Shown piece after piece: positions 12,901-24,894 of a DNA stretch of 64,000 nt. The position numbers were made by a program, and so were the translations under genes. The first letter of the stretch is position 1. Every line of letters begins with the position of its first letter. The DNA lies in the NCBI RefSeq assembly GCF_025526975.1, contig NW_026515670.1:1674001-1738000 (forward strand), in the 5' to 3' direction. Below the pieces are notes generated by a model. It made no database searches. It saw nothing but the letters and a program-made list of their open reading frames with translations, and was not told the origin of the DNA. Origin of the DNA: Fimicolochytrium jonesii. Taxonomy: Eukaryota.

Positions 12901-12991
12901 AATGAAAAACCGCTCCAAATTCTCGCACCGGATCTCCAACCACGAATCCGTCAAAGTTCGATCCACCGAACGTAGCGGTGGAGGTGTCTAA
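9905..12991 (+). CDS. GUT2: Mitochondrial FAD-dependent glycerol-3-phosphate dehydrogenase with C-terminal EF-hands; multi-exon
   Basis: [74 protein letters not shown]-hand [14 protein letters not shown]-terminus ERSGGGV*. Confidence 0.96.
10320..10610. repeat. Hairpin-rich insertion in GUT2 intron 1 (15-bp tandem x~4 plus GCG(N)AGC mini-hairpins)
   Basis: GAGYGTRGCGAGTCM repeated at 10320-10376; CGAGCGGAGC, CGAGCGAAGCGAG, TAGCGGAGCGAG; this intron is far longer than the other introns of the gene. Confidence 0.6.
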
Positions 12992-13607
12992 ACAACTTTG
13001 ACACTCCTCGCTCTCATTCCTACTCTTACGCTACAGCCCGTGTCGTCGCGTGCGGCCCCGCGTACTCTGCCTTGACACCGTATTACGTAGGATCCCTCAA
13101 ATCGTTTAATAGAACAAACCCCGCACCGCCGGGACAGACATTGCCGCACACGGCGAGCCGCACAGCACACCCACCTCTTTTAATTGCCGCGTTACTTTCG
13201 TCTCCCGTTCGTTCTCGTTCGGTCCTTTTGTTTCTTGTATTAGTTTCTTTGCATTTCGATGGTTTCTATGACCTACCTCTTTTGATCCCTCATCCTTTTT
13301 GTTTCTGTGACCTTTTTCGCAAGACTGGAATGAAAATCAGACCTTCATAACGTATGAGACTTTTGATCTCTTTGATGGAGAATTGGGACGGGGGACAGAA
13401 TTTGGTTGTCCACGCGGAACTTCGGCCATCTCGACACGAGAGAGACGAGAGCCGCCGTAGGCGGGATGCCGCTCTGGCTGCAAAGGCCAGCAACTGTGCC
13501 ACACGCAAACCGCTTGTGCCACACGAAAACCACTATCATCTGGCGAAAAGCATATAGGTTGTGACGAAGTCTGGAGGTTGTGGAGGGAGCTGAGCGATTA
13601 TACCTGA

Positions 13608-14266
13608 ATGAGTAGCGACAATCACCACAGTGAGCAACCACCGCCACAAGTCAGCATGTCCTCCCGGCAAGCCCAACAGCGAGCACAAAGGAAACGCTTG
13701 GAGGACAAGGTGCGATCCATGCGCATGGCCACCGATGCTGCTGCTTCCTTGAGCACCCCTCCTGCGACTGGAGATTACTTGGAACAGCAACGAGCTACGA
13801 AGAGGAGGTTCAACAAAAAAAGTACAGCTTGCGACGGCAGCCCACCCACCCACTCTCCTCCTACCAACCCCTCCCCTTGGTGACATACCGCCTTTCCCCT
13901 CACGCACTCAGTCTCTCCACTCATCCTCACCTGGAGAGATCAAGCATGCCCCATTTGTGGGGCACACCTCATGGAAAACGAGCGGGAGTCACCATGCTGC
14001 CAGAACGGACAACTCCTCATCGGACGCCTTCCCCCGTACCCACCAGCTCTGGAGAATGCCTTCCAGGCTCACCAGAGAAACCTGGGAAACCTGTCTCGCC
14101 GCCTCAACTACCTGTTTGCCTTTTCCGCCATTGGTGTAGCAGATGGATCCTTCAAACGGTTCCACACAGGACCTAAAGCATTGGCTCTCAACGGCCGCAT
14201 CTACCACCGGATGCTTCCCGCCGACATGCCAGGCCATTCCATCCATTGGCTCCTCTATGATGATGG
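13608..14266 (+). mobile_element. Helitron RepHel N-terminal fragment (pseudogene)
   Basis: CPICGAHL.ENE...CCQNG zinc finger then RRLNYLFAFSAIG...GPKALALNGRIYHRMLP...WLLYD, the conserved region upstream of Helitron Rep; in-frame TGA at 13881-13883. Confidence 0.8.
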
Positions 14267-14880
14267 CCTCCACCACCTCCCCCTGCCATATGGCCCAACG
14301 ACGCCAGGAAGGTACATGTACAGTGGATTGTCCTCCTGATCGATGCCCAGGGTGGGTTTGCGAGCGAGAAGCTTCAGGCCAGTGGTATCAAAGTTTGTTG
14401 GGTTCGCCTTCATTTTCCCCCGCTTCGAGATTCGAACGAGATCTCGGAGGAGCACAGGATGTCACTTCTTATTGGCAAAGGCTTTTTCAATCTCCTTCTC
14501 GAACGATTTGCGTTTCTGGCGAGCAAACTCCACCTCAGGTTCGGTGTCGTACTCCTCATATGTCGGGATGAAAGCGGGCCTGCGGGTTGCAGTGTTCATG
14601 GAGTTGTCGCTGTCATTCTCCACATCGTTCCCGCCAGCGCTGTCATAAGTCTCTGCCTCAGCTCTGCGCTTGCCCGTCTCAGCGCTTGGCGAACAGCAGA
14701 AGTGGTGCGCCGGCCACCGATTGTGCGTAAACTGCTGCGTCCAGTGTGTGAGCTTCCTATCCTCCTATCCCCGCTCGTGCTGGGTCCCCCGCCTACTCCC
14801 CACCTCCTCCTCCCCCACCTCCTCCCCGGTTCAAAGCAGCTGCACCGAAGTAGGCATCTCCAACTCGGTTGCATGGTTTT
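14262..14880 (-). pseudogene. N-terminal fragment of a TET/JBP-like dioxygenase paralog
   Basis: TNFDTTGLKLLARKPTLGIDQEDNPLYMYLPGVVG(x)WQGEVVEA aligns with TNSSIEGLDDIESGREPSIGVDMEGKPLFMSLPGITGLGWQADFVKA of the 23-25 kb copy. Confidence 0.65.
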
Positions 14881-14904
14881 CTCACCATGGTGACGACTAA
14901 ATCC

Positions 14905-14970
14905 CGAGGCCGCCCCAATGCAGGCTGCCTCAAGCGAATGACTGGGCGTGTGCCTTTGTGCGCCTGCTAG
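14905..14970 (+). mobile_element. Candidate Helitron 3' terminus (hairpins + CTAG)
   Basis: GAGGCCGCC..GGCTGCCTC hairpin and GGCGTG..TGCGCC hairpin followed by CTAG at 14967-14970; the next base is A rather than the expected T. Confidence 0.4.
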
Positions 14971-15436
14971 AGATTATGTCTGTTGTAGACCACTCTAACA
15001 GAACAACCTGATTCAACACGGTGAAGGCGTCGAGGTCAGATTGCCCACTCCAGCACAGCCAAGATCAGTACAGGGGTTGTTTGATTGCCGTGATAGCTTT
15101 GTGTAAAAAACTCGTGTCAGTGCTGTGGTAATGAAGCTGAGAACGGTGACGGATTGCTGTTGTTACCTGGTGGTGGTCGGCGTATGTACATACGTAGTAC
15201 TGTACTGTACAGAGCTGCTCGCAATTGCGTTGGGAAGAAAGTTAGGCAGAAGGGAACGAAGAAGATGCGGTGAAGAATCACAGCTGCGGCGCGCCGTCCG
15301 ATAAAGATATCAAGCGGGACACCTTACCCTTTTGGTACGGCTCTTGCACCCAGAGAATTCCCAAGCACTGTACCGTTGAAGTTATCACGCAAAGGCTTCG
15401 CGCAAGTCCACGAGGGTACGGGCTGCAGGCGTAGGA

Positions 15437-15808
15437 CTACGAGTGGGTGGGCAGCATAACACCCACAACCGAAACCAAATTTTTGCCGTCTTCAAGGGAA
15501 CCGAGTAAGCATCCACATTCCAGTCTCGACTCGTTTTCACCGTTCGCAAGAACGAGAGCGACTAAGATGCCCCACAAGAGACCGAGGATGTTTATGATAA
15601 TACCGATGCAGACGCCCGGTACGAGATTGTTGTCGTAATAGGTCACATCTTTGTAAACGTGCGTACAGGTGTTGTAGGTGCGTTCGCTCAGCGACTTGGT
15701 AAGGAAACCTCCGCCGATGGCGATCAGCAGGGCAGTGAGAAGGACGGCGACGGTCGCCACGTTCCTCCAGTGTACGGTGACGGTACGGTAGGTGAGGGTG
15801 CGTTTCAT
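15437..15808 (-). CDS. Small two-TM hypothetical protein or relic
   Basis: Two hydrophobic segments (VATVAVLLTALLIAIGGG; VCIGIIINILGLLWGILVALVL). Confidence 0.35.
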   Translation of the reverse strand: MKRTLTYRTVTVHWRNVATVAVLLTALLIAIGGGFLTKSLSERTYNTCTHVYKDVTYYDNNLVPGVCIGIIINILGLLWGILVALVLANGENESRLECGCLLGSLEDGKNLVSVVGVMLPTHS

Positions 15809-16149
15809 GGGTAGTAAATAAGCAGAAGCCGTGCAAAAGGAGTACACGTTAGGACTAGAGATGGGAAGTAGTCTCACAATACCAAGACCGGACATATATA
15901 TACGAGACCTTGACAAAGACACGCGCAGAGGCCGTCGGACGAGTGAGAAACTAGATGGTTTGATATCACGCGTCATGAAACTTGGGTACTCGTGATGGAG
16001 CTGGTCTGTGGGGAGCGATCCTAATGAGGAGGCCGTGGACAACACTGTAAGGGGTATGGAAGAAAAAGGGTACAGGGTACAAAAGCTGTACACTAATGGC
16101 GCCCTGACATTGACTTGGCCACCTTTGATGACCGATGACGTGTCAAACA

Positions 16150-17830
16150 TGCCAGATATGTCACAGCCGCTGTTGGTCCCCATATAAAGGAGGATGGCCT
16201 TCGCCCGCCCCCCTCCGAACGACAAACCACAAAAAGGGCAGAACGAGCGACAACCTTCCCTGCCTTCTCGGCCAAAGCCAAATACGACGAGTTCATCACT
16301 CCAGACTATACTCGAGGCTTGCGCAGGGAACTTGCCGTGGCCTTCCTGTCCATCACATGGGGAGAGCAATACGTTGAGCTCGACTCCGTGACGCACAGTA
16401 CGAAGTCTTGTATTGACCCACATGCTCTGAAACAGTTCGGCGAAAAGGTATTGGAGGAGCAGGGGTATGTCTGCAAGAGCGCTACTATCGTCGACGACGA
16501 CAGCGACGACAACGACATTACCCGCGCTTTCGATGGTCCGTACCTGCGGTTCGAGATCGACTGGGACGCCACCGCTCAGGCCATCGAGGGTTCGAAAATA
16601 TCGAAACCAGCAGAGCCCACGGATTTTGACAAGCGGCAACTGTACGCACGAGATACTGGTGATCTGGAAGCGGTCATCGAAGGTTGCGAGGAGCTCATAT
16701 GCACCGCGAAGTTGTTCGGGCCAGTCTCCACGAGAACTTTGGACGCTATGTACAGTCACCTCGCAAAACTCTGTACCCCCCCCCTAATTGAGATCAATAT
16801 TGGTCACTCACGTGAATTTGGCGTCGCGGCAGTCGCTGATTTATTTCAGGGGGGGGGGGTACAGAGTTTTGCGAGGTGACTGTATATCGCCAAAGACATC
16901 TTTAAGCGATACCTTGCCGCAGACGTGGATGCCAGGTCGGACCCACGTACACGTCTCACGAGTGACGTGGAGGTGTTGAAGAGACTTTGTGAGGACGGTT
17001 ATGAGAAGCTTGAGAAGGGCGCTTCAGTAGGAGACGTCCTGGAAGATGTGGAGGAGAAATACAAGTGGCTCATTGATGCCTTCGGCGTCCTGGTCAGAAA
17101 GGCTTGAACGTCAAAACCGCCGCCAGAGGACGATAAGATCTTGCTGGAAGGTCGTCGTCTGCGCAAGGGCAGGATCGTACCGAGGACCCCACAATATACC
17201 GTTTCGGTACGAAAGGACGACGATGCGGGGAAGGTGTTGGTGGTGGAGGAGACGGTGGCGGACTTTGATGACGTGCGCGAAGGCATCGTCATAGCCGGCT
17301 TGGACGAGGTCATCCCAGCCTTGGGAGGAAAGGCAGATGATCCCGTCACTATCGCTCTCATGAAGGGGGCCGTCAATACTGTAAGCCTAATGGCTCCGAC
17401 GGATAGTAAAACCGGCCTCACAACCTCTTTCACTAAACCGGAGACTCTGCTGATAGGGGACTTGGGCCGTGTCAGAGTCGAATACAGACGCCCCGACAGA
17501 CCGTCGTCAGCATGAAGGCCCGCAGTACACTGTTCTAGTACGAAAGGACAAAAACGGGAAGGTATTGATGGTGGAGGAGACGATAAAGGGCGGCAAAGAC
17601 GAGGAAAACGATGAGGGTCTCATATCTGGCTTGGATAATGCTATCGAAGCTCTCAAAGGTTCAGTAGATCGGATCCCCACCGTACCCATCATGGAACGCG
17701 CCATCCGTACTTGAAGCCAACTGGCCCTGTTGGATGGTGAAACCGGTCTCAAAACCATGTATGTGACCCATTGAACCTGAACATGGTGAGGATGGGCCGT
17801 GTTCAAGTGGAATATAGACCTCGGTACCTG
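16150..17830 (+). pseudogene. Decayed intronless ORFs of unknown function, including a tandemly duplicated ~110-aa module
   Basis: PQYTVSVRKDDDAGKVLVVEET...GRVRVEYR (17141-17515) repeated as PQYTVLVRKDKNGKVLMVEET...GRVQVEYR (17515-17830); stops and frameshifts. Confidence 0.5.
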
Positions 17831-18559
17831 TAATTCCCTCGTGTAATTGTATTTTTTCCATTAACAATTGTACTCGATAAAGTGGGCAACAGAGGTATGA
17901 TGATATGGGAACCCTGGGTTTAGATCTATAACCTCAGCCTCTGGAACATCTCAAGGAGCTGCTACAGGAAACCTTGGTTTCTCTGGTGTGGGGGTTATCA
18001 CCAACCCGTTAGCGTTTGCCGACTAGAAGCCCTTGATACAGTCGTTGAAAGGACTTGGTGATATCTATAGGGGCAGCTCCTTGGACCATTGCCATGGCAA
18101 CCCAGTCACGTGATGTCAAGATCTCCAGGACCATGAGATTATAGGGGAGCAGATCCGTATGAATATGAGTCACGACCCCGTGGCGCAGTTCACATCCGAA
18201 ACACACAAGGTAGTGGCTGCTGTTCTGTTCCCTTCTGTTTTCTCTTCCTTAGAATATGCTTTCCGACCAGTCTATCTGAAGTAGGGAGGAGGCGAATACG
18301 TATACAAGTGGGAGCTGCGTACTGTGTGTACTTAAGAAACTTCCCGCCTGGCCTGACCCGCCCCCCTCAAAACCACCTACGTCCTTCGAAGACTGAACAA
18401 GTCCATCCCTCGTACCCTGCCATGGACAAGAAGCCTCGCACAAGCAAACAGCGGGCCGCGAACTACAAAAGACCAACGGTAGGGGGTGCACTCTTCCTCC
18501 TCAAGCTCGTGCATTGGTTTTAAATCTTCTCGGTTTACTAGATAACAGAAGTCAAAGAA

Positions 18560-19400
18560 ATGGTAAAACGAACTAGCAGCCTCAAACAGAACCCCTCAAC
18601 AAGCACTGGAAAAGATAGCGGTCACCGACCCGCACCGGCACCAGAACTTCCCTCACCCCCCCGCCGTAGTACTGGTGATGACATTTCTATGGGTGATATT
18701 GACGCCATAAGTGATCCTGCTTTGAAGCTGGTATTCAAGAAATTGGTTTGCCAGCAGCCCGCCGATTGCCGGTCAGCTTCGGAGAAGTTCAACACGCTTG
18801 GAGAGGCGCTTGCGCCTGAAAACATTCTGGTTATTGCTTCCGAAATCCTTCAGTGGAGCGCAGATAAACAACCCACGCATTTCCCGTCCCAACGCACTTT
18901 GAAGAAGCTGCAAGGTTCTTACGCGACGGCCTTTCAAAAATTGCATGGAAAGCTTCAACGGCGTCGCAGCAAGGGCGAAGGTCACGTCTTGTCATCGGTC
19001 CCTGACACGGATGACGAGTTGTCTGCGTTTCTCGAGCATTGTGACGTCACAATCAAGCATCGAAACGTTGAGCATGTACACGCGCGCACCGTTGAGATTT
19101 TGACCAGGCGTGCTGCACAAGCTCATCGGCTGGTGGAAGCATTTCCCGGAGTGCGAAAGACGTTTCATTTGAGTGCATGGTGGTGGAGAACTTTGATCTG
19201 TTCGAAGAGTGTTTCAAAACGCTGTGGTCGGCGAAGGAGAAGGCGGTCAAAGAGAGGGTGGACAAGCAGCGGACCAAATAGGAGAACATGGCGAGGAGTC
19301 GGCTTCGTACATGGTAGTCCAGGAAGTCTTTCTGATATTTATAGGGGCAGCTCCTTGGACCGTTGCCATGGCAACACCGGTCACACCAAGATCACCTCAT
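18560..19400 (+). pseudogene. Unknown ORF relic, interrupted at its 3' end by the Tc1 element
   Basis: ~200 codons of protein-like sequence then frameshifts; bracketed by ~50-bp direct repeats at 18060 and 19334. Confidence 0.35.
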
Positions 19401-19412
19401 GGTGGACACGTA

Positions 19413-20490
19413 CAGCCAACGGACATAAACCTGTGCACCCCCTCTAAGTGAATTCAATGACCGTTTCACAAGCGGATGCGCGTTCCATCCAGCCTGCCTC
19501 CGGACAAGCCAACCTCCAGCCGGACAAGCCAGGATCTTACCGACATGCCCGCAATTGCGACCTCCATCTTCATCCCCTGCTATGGGCAAACCACTCTCCC
19601 CTCAGAAGAGGGCTGCCATAGTGGCGCTGCACAGGTCAGGCAAGAACAAGCGACAAATAGCTGCACAGGAGGGGGTTGCACTCAGGACTGTTCAGTATAC
19701 TATCAAGAAGTTTGCTGCTGAATCTGCGGACAGCCCAACGTCCTATCAGTCAAAAAAGCCACCGGGAAGACCAGCTAAGTATCAACCAGAGGACGGTGAC
19801 TTGGAGGAGTTCCGCAGACTTGTTCTCTCAGATAGTCAGACACGAGAAAAGACACTAAAACAAATTCGGTTGGAATTCATCACTCTTACAGGTATCACGG
19901 CATGCGAAAAGACAGTGCGTCGTTACCTTCACAAACTCCTCCATTTGCCTCCCGCTTCAAAATCCACAAGCCGTTTTTGTCTGACGAGCACAAAGCAGCA
20001 CGCCTTGCGTTTGCGTTGGAACATCAGCACTGGACAGTTGCGGATTGGTCACGGGTTGTGTGGACGGATGAGACGTCTTTTGATATTGGCTGGGTTCCCA
20101 AAATGCGATGTTGGCGTCTGCGAACTGAACGTTTTCACCCTGACTGTATCAGAGGCACTCGACGTAGCGGACGCAAAACATTTATGTATTGGGGAGCATT
20201 TATTGGAAACGCTGTTGGTCCGTTGACGCAGGTCCAGCCGGTTCAGCGTGAGGGCCAAGTTCGCGGTAGGGGTATCAATTCCACTGCTTACGTTCAGCAT
20301 TTAACCGCTCATCTTTTGCCAATGTGGCAAAACCTTGAGATTTTTGTTCCCAACCTCCTTTTCATGCAGGACAACGGCCCTATCCACACTCCTGCCGAAA
20401 CGCGCCAATTCTTTGCGGAGCATGGCATCAACATCATGCCGTGGCCAGCGCAGAGCCCCGATCTCAACCCAATTGAAAACCTCTGGGCTA
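19413..20490 (+). mobile_element. Tc1/mariner (DD34E) transposon, frameshifted and 3'-truncated
   Basis: TA|CAG... left end at 19411-19413; HTH N-terminus, GRP motif, WTDET, QDNG-(34)-SPDLNPIENLW; 1-nt frameshift at ~19945; no right TIR found. Confidence 0.9.
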
Positions 20491-21057
20491 CGGCATTTGG
20501 CTCGTACGATAGCTTCTTTGGAAAAGTTCCCGCTAAGTATGGACTATAATCCACCATCATGTTGCCTATGTTGCGTTCAACACTGAGGCACGGAGTTCAT
20601 CCATAGATATCATCCATAGAAATGAGGGCCCTGCTTCTAGGCCCTATTGTTGCACGCCTATTGCAAAGGTCGCGGCATGTCTGTCCCATAGTCGACAAGC
20701 CCTCGTACTCCTGTATCCGAAATTAGCGACACCCGCATCACCCGACCACTGCCCTATTCAGGCCGTTGTGAGCGGGTTGAGGTGACCAACAATAGGAGGT
20801 CAGGGACCTCCGTCAGGAACCGGGGACAATATAAGGAGGTCCGATTCTGCTTACCCTACCCGCCAACTTGGTTTCTATGGCCTTATTCACGAGTTGGTTG
20901 GAGTGGCCAACAATATGAGGGAGCGGGGACAATATAAGGAGGCCCGCTTCCGGAGGTACCTGAGCTTAGGAAACTCCGTGTGTCTGCGGGACGGTTTGTT
21001 CAACGCCTTGCGGAAGTAAAGTCTACAGCCGACTACGTGGAAACAAAGACACCACCC

Positions 21058-22579
21058 ATGGAGGACTCGTTGGCTCAACGACGGGCGGAAATTATCGACG
21101 GGGTAAGTCATGTGGCAGGTCGAATTGCCAAGGTCGCAACGGCGAAGTTAACCGGTCATCCCAACAGTGGTTCAACCCCAACTGGTGTGACTGGCGCTTC
21201 CACATCCACGACTGTTCTGGGGAACGAATATGGCAAACCTTCTACATCTTTCACTCCATTTGGGGCTTCACCCTCGTCGCCATGGGCCTCTTCGCGCTGT
21301 ATGGCAAAGTCCTGCCTGTGTGGGCGCGCGGACACCGGATATTCGAGATTGAGGAGGGTGTGCTACGGCCGCGGGCTGGGGAGGGGTTTCTGGCGTTTGC
21401 GACGTTGGGGATGTTGGGAAGGGGGATTTATACGACGGTCATTTTGGCGGCACGGGGACGGGGGTTCGGGAGCGAGGCGGCGAATGAGTTTTTCGTAAGT
21501 TTATTAGCTTGCATAGGGCTGCGCAGAGGGAACTCGCTAATCGTGTGTCTTTGTTTGCAGCAAGTTTTTCCTTTCGTTCTGATACTGGATAGCGGAGTAA
21601 TCTGGGCGGTTGGTGTGTACGTATGCAGTGCTTGGGAAAACTCCTGCACCCTCGGAAACGTCCTGACAGGCTTTCTCGCTCTCGGGAATTCCAGTGTTTA
21701 CGCAACGCCTCGTCAACGCCTCGTCGGCAGCACCACCGTCCTAGTGCACCTCCCTTCGCCGCGGGTGCTCAACTACATACTTATCGTTCTCGTCGCCCTC
21801 CCCACCATCCTCATTCCCGTTTTCGCGACTCTCGACGGGTACGCACGCGACATCCTCCGTCCCGACCTCTCGCGAGCACTGCATAGCGCGCATTTCTGGA
21901 CATGGACGATATGCTGTGTTCTCACGGCCACCGCTTTGGCGTATTTTGGATGGCATCTTGTGAAGGCGCTGAGAGAGACGGCGAAAGATATGAGCTCCAT
22001 GGCCGATATGCACCCGGAGAGTCCCAAGAGTGTGTCCGAGGCAGAGTTCCGGAGGGCTATCACCAGTGTAAGAATCACCAACCCCTGCTGGTTCCTAGGT
22101 TTCCACTAATCTCTAGCTCGCACTATCCAGGCCATGATAACGCTATCGACCTTATTTTCACTGGCAATCGTGTACGGCATCGTTCTTTGCGCGTTTGGTT
22201 TGTTTCGAGTCGAGATACAAAGCTTCCTCCCGTACTCGGTGCTGGTGGGGGGCTCCTGGATCTTCTGCATGCCTACGATGCTGACAGCTATTTTTGGGTT
22301 TTTCTGTTATGGGTGAGTAATCGCTGACGACAAATTCTTACTTTGACGAACCACTGATGCATGGCGGCTTTTCTCTCCCTTCGCTATATATTTAGAGTAT
22401 ATCAGAGCAAAGCGGACGAGCGACGACACAATCAATCCGTCCCCTGCGCACGATCGTTCTTCAAAACGGTCACCAACCGCCGACGACCGTTGCCTGGGGT
22501 CACAGGGGCCGATATCACCACCGCGGGGATGATGTCAGAAGATGAGGATACGACGCCGTCTATACAACGTTGTCCATAG
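21058..22579 (+). CDS. Multi-exon 7TM membrane protein (GPCR-like)
   Basis: Spliced MEDSLAQRRAEIIDG|WFNPNWCDWRFHIHDCSGE... followed by ~7 hydrophobic helices; canonical introns. Confidence 0.7.
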
Positions 22580-22662
22580 AAAAAGGTAAGGAGAATGGGG
22601 GCGCCGTCGCTGGTCTTTTCTACTCTGAGGCGCATGACTCGCACGCAACCCCAACCAATCAC

Positions 22663-22673
22663 AACCCTAACCC
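22663..22673 (+). repeat. Interstitial telomeric repeat AACCCTAACCC
   Basis: Read directly at the left edge of the 2.2-kb relic cassette. Confidence 0.75.
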
Positions 22674-22689
22674 GTCGCGACTAGGAGCT

Positions 22690-22957
22690 CGCGTCTGCCG
22701 CACAACATCGACGTTCGTGGCCTGCGGAAGTACTCCTCATGCAACGAGTATTAGCAGTATGTCAAACACGTTACGGTTCGCGTCTACCGCACAACATCGA
22801 CGTTCGTGGCCTGCGGAAGTACTCCTCATGCAACGAGTATTAGCAGTATGTCAAACACGTTACGGTTCGCGTCTACCGCACAACATCGACGTTCGTGGCC
22901 TGCAGAAGTACTCCTCATGCAACGAGTATTAGCAGTATGTCAAACACGTTACGGTTC
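22690..22957 (+). repeat. Three near-identical tandem 89-bp units derived from a MULE-like transposase zinc-knuckle region
   Basis: Units start at 22690, 22779, 22868; similar to the reverse complement of 40861-40930. Confidence 0.9.
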
Positions 22958-23149
22958 AACCTCGGTCAACCTCCATCTTCATCATCTCCTCCATCTTCAT
23001 CATCTCCTCCGTCTTCATGTCCTCCTCCATCTTCATCGTGTCCTCCATCTTCATGTCCTCCTCCGTCTTCACCTCCAGCTTCATCTTCCGGCGCTTCCTT
23101 TCCTTATCCGCCAACCACTTCTTGCCCTCCTTCTTCTCCAACTCCACAT

Positions 23150-24877
23150 CCTTATCGTCCACCTTTATATGATGACCATTCCCTTTGCACACGGAGAGAC
23201 GTGTGGCAAACGAATGCTGACCATCTTCTCAGCGAGCTTTCCGTCCAACTCCTGGTTGTTGTGAAAGTTCTTGAAACCTTCCAACCCGAGCTCAAACACC
23301 TTTTGATGAGTAAACTGCAAGAATGCTTACTGTGTGTCGGCAGGGTCTGTCGCCCACGTCTCCACAAAGTGCTCAAGAGCCTGAGTGCGAATGAGCAAAA
23401 TATCTCCAGGGCCATGTGGCAGCATGATACCGAGATCGGGAAGGCAAAATCTTCCACCTTTCGTCCCAAGTCCCAAAGCAGCTCATGGTTGCCCAGCCGT
23501 AAGGAATGTCGCATTTGTCATGATGGGGTGCAATTTGGTGGTTGGCTACCAGAACATTCATGGCGAATATTCACTTGGGGGGGCCCGCGTACCGGCCCAG
23601 AAGTGCTTCAAATCCGGCCGAAGGTGGGTCATCGTTTGCGTGGGACGGTAATGGGCAATGGGGTCAGTAAGGCGAAGAGCCTCACCTAGGAGCCAGTTGA
23701 TGCGTCCGACGCCGGGATCGCGGAGGGAGTGGTAGGTGTTGCACTGGGCAGGGCCGGTTTCGGTGCATTCGTGTGCAGTCATAATGTCCCCAGACATAGT
23801 CTGCCACACACCGAGGTGCATGGTGGCTTTTTTGCTGGTGACATCGATGGCATCCGTTGGCTGCTGGTGATGTCAAACATCCTTTGACAGCTTCTCGAAA
23901 TCCTCCTCCTTCCTATTCTTCACCACCTTCCTGGCCGCCTTCACGAAGTCCGCCTGCCACCCCAGCCCAGTGATTCCAGGGAGGGACATGAACAACGGCT
24001 TCCCTTCCATGTCCACTCCAATTGACGGCTCCCTCCCACTTTCAATGTCGTCCAAACCCTCAATGCTCGAGTTTGTGCAGTCAGCATTCGTCTTCTTAGC
24101 AGCCAGCTCGCACAATGCTACGTCGTCGAAGATCCAAACGTTGTTCTCATCGGCACGTACTACCTTGTTGCAGAGGTATTCACGCATTTTACGGGAAAAG
24201 AGAACACTGGCTTCCATCTCTGGGATAGCGGGGCCCGAGGGGATCTTCCTGCGCTTCGAAGTCTTTTCTTTTTCCTTTACGTTCCCCCTTTGCCTTTTCC
24301 CACCAACGCCTTCGTCGTCGTCTTCGTAGTCGCCGTCGTTGTCGTTGTCATTGCCGCCTTCATAGCCGTACTCAAAGTCGCCTTCTTCAAGATCGAGGTC
24401 GAGGTGGACTTCTACCTCCTTCATATACTGAACTCGGTCTCGATGTGGGCGAAGACGGTTTCGGATATGGTCTTCGTCGACATATTCGGTGTTGGAGGTG
24501 GAGATGGACATTTTGATGCAACCGCCGACTCTGAAGTTCGAGCCGCCGTTGTTGCCATTCCCGCCGTTGCCACTCTCGCCGCCACCGTTGCCATCCTCGC
24601 CATCGCCGTCGCCGTCGCCGTTTGCGCCACTCTCCCCGCCGTCGCCGCCGCCATCGTCGCCGCGGTCGCCATTCTCCCCGCCATTGCCACTCCCACTCCC
24701 GCCGCCGCCGCCGTTCCCGTTCGAGGACCCGTTGGAAGCTGCGTTGTTGCGCCTCCGAGTGCCGCTGCGAGTGCTGCGTCGAGAACCCAACCGTCGCCGC
24801 TGGACGGCTCGGGTTTTAGGGCAAGGTTGACCATTGTATGTAAGTTGGTGGTTGCCGTGATGAGGAGTGTTCATCAC
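23150..24877 (-). pseudogene. TET/JBP-family 2OG-Fe(II) dioxygenase pseudogene
   Basis: Reconstructed HLGVW..., HHDKCDIPYGWATMSCFGTWD/KGGRFCLPDLGIMLPHGPGDILLIRTQALEHFV...QFTHQ matches the HxD...GG.L...PG...H...FT pattern of fungal TET/JBP; several stops and frameshifts. Confidence 0.78.
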
Positions 24878-24879
24878 CG

Positions 24880-24894
24880 TAACCCTAACCCTAA
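24880..24894 (+). repeat. Interstitial telomeric repeat TAACCCTAACCCTAA
   Basis: Read directly at the right edge of the TET cassette. Confidence 0.85.

Noticed and set aside
15437..16759. 440-aa minus-strand ORF as a single real gene
   Set aside because: Its upstream two-thirds is antisense to a more protein-like plus-strand relic; only the last ~120 aa look plausible
22690..22957. CRISPR or ncRNA array
   Set aside because: Head-to-tail 89-bp units without spacers, derived from transposase coding sequence
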